IMG/VR virus record: IMGVR_UViG_3300042154_004306
DNA from: a virus
Taxonomy: Duplodnaviria > Heunggongvirae > Uroviricota > Caudoviricetes
DNA length: 64,000 nucleotides
Strand: one strand, 5' to 3'
Shown: piece by piece, positions 58,822 through 64,000 of the stretch
Position numbering within the stretch: position 1 is the first letter of the stretch
Layout of the letters: every line of letters starts with the position of its first letter
Notes under the pieces: generated by a model
Database searches by the model: none
The model's input: the letters and a program-made list of their open reading frames with translations, nothing else
Told to the model about the DNA's origin: nothing
Position numbers and translations under genes: made by a program

Positions 58822-61209
58822 ATGCAATATGTAGTTTCAGCAGAAGAGTACTTTGACTCACTAAATGAAAGCCGCCAGAATCTAGACAAGCTCATCAAGT
58901 ATTTTGAAAATATACCAGAGGCCTTCTTTGAGGCAATCGACCGAACTAACTGGTCAAAAATGGACGATTTCTTTAATCTTCCAGTGAATGAGGCCTCTTC
59001 GCAAGCAAAACTTAATCATCAACTTTTTTTACTAGATCACATTGAAGATATTAACAACATCATTCAAAAAGAGGACTTTTTAGTTAGAGCAGGTTACGAT
59101 ACCGTTGCTCTACGCGAAAGCGGCGAGTATTTAGCTACAGTTCAGTCTCTCGATGAGGGTTTACTTGGAACGGTTTGGAGTTTCATTAAAGGCATGGTCG
59201 CCGATCCGGACCCAGTTGAGATGACCTTAAATATCATTCGTCTTGTCCTAGACGTTATTGGTATTGTTCCATTCACTTGGGCAGGTTTTCCAATCGATAT
59301 TGTTGCAAACTTAATGTCTGCAGTAATTTCCATCTACAAGAACGATTTTTTCTCAGCGATTCTTAGCATTCTGTCAGCAATTGATGTAAGTAAAGTGAAT
59401 GCTGTTGCTACTAAGTTTCTTAAGCCTGCAGCGCCAATCATAAATAAAATAGCAAAAATAGCATTCAGATCAGGATCAGAAGCCGTTGCCCTTGAAAAAG
59501 TCGTAATTAACGCAAGAGAAGAATTAATAAAAATAGGCGGAAAAAGCCTATTGGACAATATTATAGGCTTATTTAAGAATATTGCAAGCTTCATAGTCGG
59601 AGCAGGATTAAGCATTGTCAAATTAATCGCAGGATTCGTTGAGTTTGCAATCAACCTTGTAACCGGTGGAGCCGCTAAAAAATACACAGCAAAGATTCCA
59701 CTATTCGTTGATAAACTTGCAGCCAACATGAGCTTATGGGGTAAAAATTTCGATAGCGCTTCTAAGATTTTAGTTGGAGCTGAGGGAGATTCTATTGCTC
59801 GAGCAAGTAAGGACCTTCAAAAAAATGCACTTGTAGCCACAAAGGGAGAAAGAAGCGCACTTATAGCTCAAACTAAAGCCGATGCAATTGCCGCCGGTAA
59901 AACTGGAAAAGCCGGTGATTTAGAGGTTGCCGCAAAGGTCAATGATTTTGATAAAGCAATAGTTGACCGATACTTGGATGCAACCGGCTATCTTGGAAAT
60001 CTTAGAGGAACTGTTAAAGAGACAAAAGTCTTCACGGACAAAATTTCAAAACTTACGAAAGCTGAACAAGATATTTGGATTGCTGCAAAAATGGAGAATG
60101 AAATAATTGGACAAGCTAAATTAAGTGCTGATGCAATACTAAAAGATAAAGATCTAGCAAAGAGACTGGCTGATTTGGGTTGGAGACCCGGTAGTGCTGA
60201 TCTAATGGCAATGGCAAAAAAAGGAGATACTGCCGGCGTTAAGAAGTTCTTTGAGGCTTTCTTAACCGATCCGCAATTATCTAAAAATTTAAGTAAGGCT
60301 GAAATCAGAGCATTCACACCATTTGTAGCCAGGCCGAAAGCATTCGTTGAAGGAGTCAAACACATGGATGATGTACTTAAAGTCGCAAAAACCATGGAAG
60401 GACTTAGCCGTACCGTGGCAAAACGAGCGATTCCATTAGAAAGAGTCTTAAGTTTCTTATCCAGACTCGTATGGCAGCAATTTGGAAATCTTGAGTGTTT
60501 AGTAGAAGTTGGAGCAAATAAGATGAGCGCAGCAATTGCGTCTCAAACGACTAAACTTGCATCAAAAGGCCTAGAGCTAGCTCTAAAACCTGCAGTAAAT
60601 GAGGCAGACGAACCTGCTCAAGATTCAGCTCAATTAGATGAGCTAGTCGCACAAGAGGTCGAAAAGAACAAAAAATTAAAAGAGCAGCTAAAGGCTAAAA
60701 AGGGTAAAGCTGATTGTGGAATGCTTGCGGCCGCGAACTCAGCGATAGTTGCTGCTCACGTTGCTGATTATCCTGGGTCAACTGCTAATTTAGGAGGAAC
60801 TTCTAACATGGGAGACGACAAAAAAGCCAGAGAGAATTTTGAAAAAACGAGCACCGAATACACTCAACAAATTCTTAAATCAATGAAGCTTGACACAAGC
60901 ATTGATGCACAACACGCAATCGATGGACTTGATCCAGTTACTCAACTTTCACTATCTGATGTTTGGGATTCTGAACATGGAGTAGTTAGCGTAAATACAT
61001 CAGAGGTTTCTAACATGAAGGAGATTGCGGATGGATTCGTTAAGCGAGGCCAATGGACTCAAGAAGAAGCTGATCGAGCTATTAAAAAGGCAACAGAGAT
61101 GCTAGATTCCGGAGATATGCCAGAAATTCCACTGCCCAAGTCAATTGAAAAAACGGATGAGGGCCTTTTTAAAACAAAAGGATTCGGATTCTCCTCTATA
61201 AATAACTAA
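58822..61209 (+). CDS. Putative internal head/ejection protein with a membrane-inserting, pre-toxin-TG-like segment
   Basis: ATAAATAA at 58792-58799; LNE/VNE/LDE sites; hydrophobic LDVIGIVP...NDFFSAILSILSAI segment. Confidence 0.5.
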   Translation: MQYVVSAEEYFDSLNESRQNLDKLIKYFENIPEAFFEAIDRTNWSKMDDFFNLPVNEASSQAKLNHQLFLLDHIEDINNIIQKEDFLVRAGYDTVALRESGEYLATVQSLDEGLLGTVWSFIKGMVADPDPVEMTLNIIRLVLDVIGIVPFTWAGFPIDIVANLMSAVISIYKNDFFSAILSILSAIDVSKVNAVATKFLKPAAPIINKIAKIAFRSGSEAVALEKVVINAREELIKIGGKSLLDNIIGLFKNIASFIVGAGLSIVKLIAGFVEFAINLVTGGAAKKYTAKIPLFVDKLAANMSLWGKNFDSASKILVGAEGDSIARASKDLQKNALVATKGERSALIAQTKADAIAAGKTGKAGDLEVAAKVNDFDKAIVDRYLDATGYLGNLRGTVKETKVFTDKISKLTKAEQDIWIAAKMENEIIGQAKLSADAILKDKDLAKRLADLGWRPGSADLMAMAKKGDTAGVKKFFEAFLTDPQLSKNLSKAEIRAFTPFVARPKAFVEGVKHMDDVLKVAKTMEGLSRTVAKRAIPLERVLSFLSRLVWQQFGNLECLVEVGANKMSAAIASQTTKLASKGLELALKPAVNEADEPAQDSAQLDELVAQEVEKNKKLKEQLKAKKGKADCGMLAAANSAIVAAHVADYPGSTANLGGTSNMGDDKKARENFEKTSTEYTQQILKSMKLDTSIDAQHAIDGLDPVTQLSLSDVWDSEHGVVSVNTSEVSNMKEIADGFVKRGQWTQEEADRAIKKATEMLDSGDMPEIPLPKSIEKTDEGLFKTKGFGFSSINN

Positions 61210-61224
61210 AATTACGATAACCGA

Positions 61225-62319
61225 ATGACATTCGTTAAAACATTTGAAGATTTTAAAAATCAGGTCTCACAAGTTTCAGAAAAAGCCATTTCAGGTGGCT
61301 CTGTAACTAAGGAAGCTGAAAACAAAGCTGCTGGCGAACTTGCTAAATTCACAGTAGTTCTTAAAGCGACTAGCGATAATGATACGATAAGTGATGCAAA
61401 TCCAGCACAGAGCGCCCTAGACCATCTTGTAAACAGTCAAGACTTCCAGAACTGGTATTCCGGTGAAACTACCAGCAATGATGCGGCTGCCCAAACTTTT
61501 ACAAGTTCAAATTCAACTTCCATTGCATTCATTGACACTGGCAAGCACAGACAAGCTGGTTTCTTGAAAAGAGAAAAAGCAACTGAAACCTTTATTTTCA
61601 AGAGAATCGGTTCGCCTAACACAACTGATCGAAATAAGTCTGAACTTAATTATGACGTTAAGAAATTTCCAGCACAGGCAAAATCGAAAGTTGCTTCAGG
61701 CGGCACCGTTTATGCATGGAACCTTGAGCAGGAAAAGACAATGACTCTTAATCCAGCTCAACCAATGACAGTTCCATTGGACAGCTTAACCGTTGACCTT
61801 GCAATGAAAACTAATATTACTGCTACACCGGCTAGCCAATCAAGCCCACAAACTCCACCGGCTACACAAATTCCGGCTGGATCTGGAGGAGCGCCCACTA
61901 CTACTCAAGCCTCTACTAATACTAATCAGGCCTCTTCTTATGTTGGACTTAAGCGTACTCAAACCTTTGATAAAAGAATTCAGGATCTACAAAAGACAAT
62001 TATTGCTAAGGGTGGTCCTGCTGCTGATGCGATCGTTGCAAAAGGCGGAGCTATTGGAAAATACGGATCAGGTACAGCTTCGGCAATTGGTATTATAATT
62101 GGAACAAATAAGGCTGAAGATGAAATCACAGCAGACATTGATGCTAAATTAAAAACTGCTCTTGCTGGAGTAACCCCTGATCAAATTGCAAAGGTTCAAG
62201 CGCCTGCTGCAAAAACTGGAGTAACTTCACCGGCTGCTGCTAAGCCTGCAGCTACTTCTGCTAAACCGGCCGCTGCTGCTAAGCCTAAGGCTGTCGCTAA
62301 AGCTGACCCAGGATTCTAA
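61225..62319 (+). CDS. Putative internal head protein with a peptidoglycan-binding-like segment and AAKP tail
   Basis: VKTFEDF leader; IQDLQK...GKYGSGTASAI; ATAAATAA at 61198-61205. Confidence 0.5.
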   Translation: MTFVKTFEDFKNQVSQVSEKAISGGSVTKEAENKAAGELAKFTVVLKATSDNDTISDANPAQSALDHLVNSQDFQNWYSGETTSNDAAAQTFTSSNSTSIAFIDTGKHRQAGFLKREKATETFIFKRIGSPNTTDRNKSELNYDVKKFPAQAKSKVASGGTVYAWNLEQEKTMTLNPAQPMTVPLDSLTVDLAMKTNITATPASQSSPQTPPATQIPAGSGGAPTTTQASTNTNQASSYVGLKRTQTFDKRIQDLQKTIIAKGGPAADAIVAKGGAIGKYGSGTASAIGIIIGTNKAEDEITADIDAKLKTALAGVTPDQIAKVQAPAAKTGVTSPAAAKPAATSAKPAAAAKPKAVAKADPGF

Positions 62320-62340
62320 TAAAAATTAATAAAGTATACA

Positions 62341-63054
62341 ATGATTAACTTAAACAATTACGCAATATTAGCTGAACAGAAAAAATACGGATACTCTACC
62401 CCAATCACTGAGAGCATTGATGTAGTAAATGAAGCTGCACCGGACATGCAAACCGAAGACGGTGTCAAAAAGGTATTGGGTGGAAAAACTGACCCAAATT
62501 ATGCAGCACAATGGAATCAACTAGTCGATGATGTGGCTACTCATAAAGCTGCCGGTACGTACACTGTGACAATCAATCACGATGACAATAGGCCAATGGT
62601 AACTTTGCAATATCAGATTGGTACTGATCTTAAGCCAGTAAAAGGTAGTGTTAAACTTGCAGCTACGACTGCTCAAGCGGCTCAAGGAGCCCCAGCTCAA
62701 ATGTCTGAAGCAGACGGTTTCGCAAAGGTAAAAGCTGCATCTGACGTAATTCAAAATTTATTTGTTGATAATTCACCGTTTTTTGCACCATTTAAAGGTA
62801 CGTGGAATGATGAAGATTCAAAAGCAGCAGCAGAATTTGACAAATGGTATAATTCTAAATGGAAGGTTGTAATTGATTCGTTAAAGGGTCATACTAATGA
62901 GGATATTAAAACAAGCGCAACTAACGTTTCAAAAGCAGTAACTTCAATACTTTCAAAAATGAGAGGTGGAGCCGATGCGGATGATACGGTTGTTTGGAAT
63001 ATAGTTGCCGCAAATGGCGCTTACTCAACGTATAAAGTGGATACAGATTTTTAA
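62341..63054 (+). CDS. Putative internal head protein
   Basis: LAE/ITE/VNE sites in the leader; co-oriented with the preceding genes. Confidence 0.45.
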   Translation: MINLNNYAILAEQKKYGYSTPITESIDVVNEAAPDMQTEDGVKKVLGGKTDPNYAAQWNQLVDDVATHKAAGTYTVTINHDDNRPMVTLQYQIGTDLKPVKGSVKLAATTAQAAQGAPAQMSEADGFAKVKAASDVIQNLFVDNSPFFAPFKGTWNDEDSKAAAEFDKWYNSKWKVVIDSLKGHTNEDIKTSATNVSKAVTSILSKMRGGADADDTVVWNIVAANGAYSTYKVDTDF

Positions 63055-63060
63055 TAGTAT

Positions 63061-63249
63061 ATGTTAATCGTAAATACAAAGGACAATGGATCATTAGACA
63101 GAGCCCTAAAGGTACTAAAAAGAAAATTTGAACAGACTGGAACAGTTATAGAACTTCGCTCACGTAAGGAGTTCACAAAACCTAGCGTCAAACGCAGAGA
63201 AGAGATGATTGATGCAAAGTATCGCCAAACCTTTATCAAGAATGATTAA
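63061..63249 (+). CDS. rpsU: Ribosomal protein bS21 (Bacteroidia-type)
   Basis: LDRALKVLKRKFEQTG...LRSRKEFTKPSVKRR; MLI start; Tyr at position 54. Confidence 0.92.
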   Translation: MLIVNTKDNGSLDRALKVLKRKFEQTGTVIELRSRKEFTKPSVKRREEMIDAKYRQTFIKND

Positions 63250-63709
63250 AACATTTTCAGATTTTTTGAACGAGAAAAAAAAGAATTGGAGTGGAGCTGG
63301 CGTTGCTATTGTTTACGATGCCAAAATTCTATTGGTCCATCCAGCAAATGGCAGTTGGGTCAAACCGGTTATGGGAATTCCCAAGGGTGGAGTTGAGGAG
63401 GGCGAAGACCTTCTTGATGCAGCGCTTAGAGAACTTCGTGAGGAGACCGGCATTAAACTTTCACCCGATAAATTAGAGCAACAAGTCGAGTCAATCGACA
63501 TTTTTAATAAAGACGGCAAGTACCAACATTCTCTACACTATTTCGTTTGTAGAATATCTGATCTTTCCGAAATTGGGCTAGACTCGCTAGCCGTTCCAAA
63601 ATCCCAACTTCAAAAAGAAGAGGTTGATTGGGCAGGTTTTGTTAATATCAAGGAAGCTTATGGAAAAGTTTCAAGAGCTCAATTAATAATATTAGACCGC
63701 CTTTCCTAA
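63242..63709 (+). CDS. NUDIX hydrolase with a capsid-targeting-like leader
   Basis: Nudix box GGVEEGEDLLDAALRELREETGI; ATG 63242 gives MIKTFSDFLNE. Confidence 0.88.
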   Translation: MIKTFSDFLNEKKKNWSGAGVAIVYDAKILLVHPANGSWVKPVMGIPKGGVEEGEDLLDAALRELREETGIKLSPDKLEQQVESIDIFNKDGKYQHSLHYFVCRISDLSEIGLDSLAVPKSQLQKEEVDWAGFVNIKEAYGKVSRAQLIILDRLS

Positions 63710-63735
63710 AACTTATTTGTCCAAGCGAGTAGAAT
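63709..63735 (+). promoter_or_regulatory. Putative AAAC-N17-TAGAAT promoter
   Basis: Same spacing as the other copies; upstream of ATG 63764. Confidence 0.55.
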
Positions 63736-63763
63736 TATCTATTAAAATCAAAATTTTATTCAA

Positions 63764-64000
63764 ATGGAAAACACTCAAGAATTATTAACCGACACATTGG
63801 TTGCCGAAGAAACAACAGTTGATGTTGTAGCAAATGAGGTTGAAGAAACTCAACCTGAAACTGAATTTATCTTGGACGAAGAGCTAATGAAAGCCGCTGG
63901 ATCTCCTAACCAAGAAGGCGAGCAGTCTGCCTTAGACATGTTAATCGCGCGCAGAACTGGATTCTATCCAATCAAGTTGGATGTTGCTGACCTAAAATGG
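63764..64000 (+). CDS. Acidic hypothetical protein, 3'-truncated by the window edge
   Basis: MENTQELLTDTLVAEE... open to the end of the window. Confidence 0.65.
   Translation, partial: MENTQELLTDTLVAEETTVDVVANEVEETQPETEFILDEELMKAAGSPNQEGEQSALDMLIARRTGFYPIKLDVADLKW

Noticed and set aside
1-64000. Alternative genetic code (TAG or TGA reassignment) as in some large phages
   Set aside because: Coding density is high under the standard code, and TAG (19154, 37024) and TGA (41261, 54518) end genes at sensible boundaries.
1-64000. Eukaryotic giant virus or cellular origin suggested by collagen, MBD4-like and plant-like GT genes
   Set aside because: T4-like terminase, baseplate and tail genes, a sigma factor, tmRNA and bS21 indicate a tailed bacteriophage.

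Overview
64 kb of an AT-rich, densely coding, large T4-like (myovirus, probably jumbo) phage genome read in the standard genetic code. The host is probably Bacteroidota, based on a Bacteroidia-type bS21 and a tmRNA tag starting with Gly. The window holds part of the virion morphogenesis region: gp14-like neck, gp3- and gp15-like tail completion, gp6-like wedge, gp26/gp51-like hub and gp16/gp17-like terminase. It also has PhoH, an ECF-type sigma factor, a tmRNA next to a GIY-YIG homing endonuclease, rpsU and a NUDIX hydrolase. The most striking region is about 15.7-37.0 kb, a candidate virion protein O-glycosylation island. There a Thr-rich mucin-like protein and two Gly-Ser-Ser/Gly-Thr-Ser repeat proteins (one of 2952 aa, with C1q-like domains) are interleaved with a plant HPAT/SGT1-like transferase, an Aah/TibC-like serine glycosyltransferase, other glycosyltransferases, O-methyltransferases and a 2OG-Fe(II) oxygenase. 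Other highlights are an FkbM / MBD4-like glycosylase / BGT-like cassette, a candidate -1 frameshift, two promoter classes, a hairpin-gated endonuclease start and capsid-targeting-like leaders. All family assignments come from motifs recognised by eye; no searches were run.
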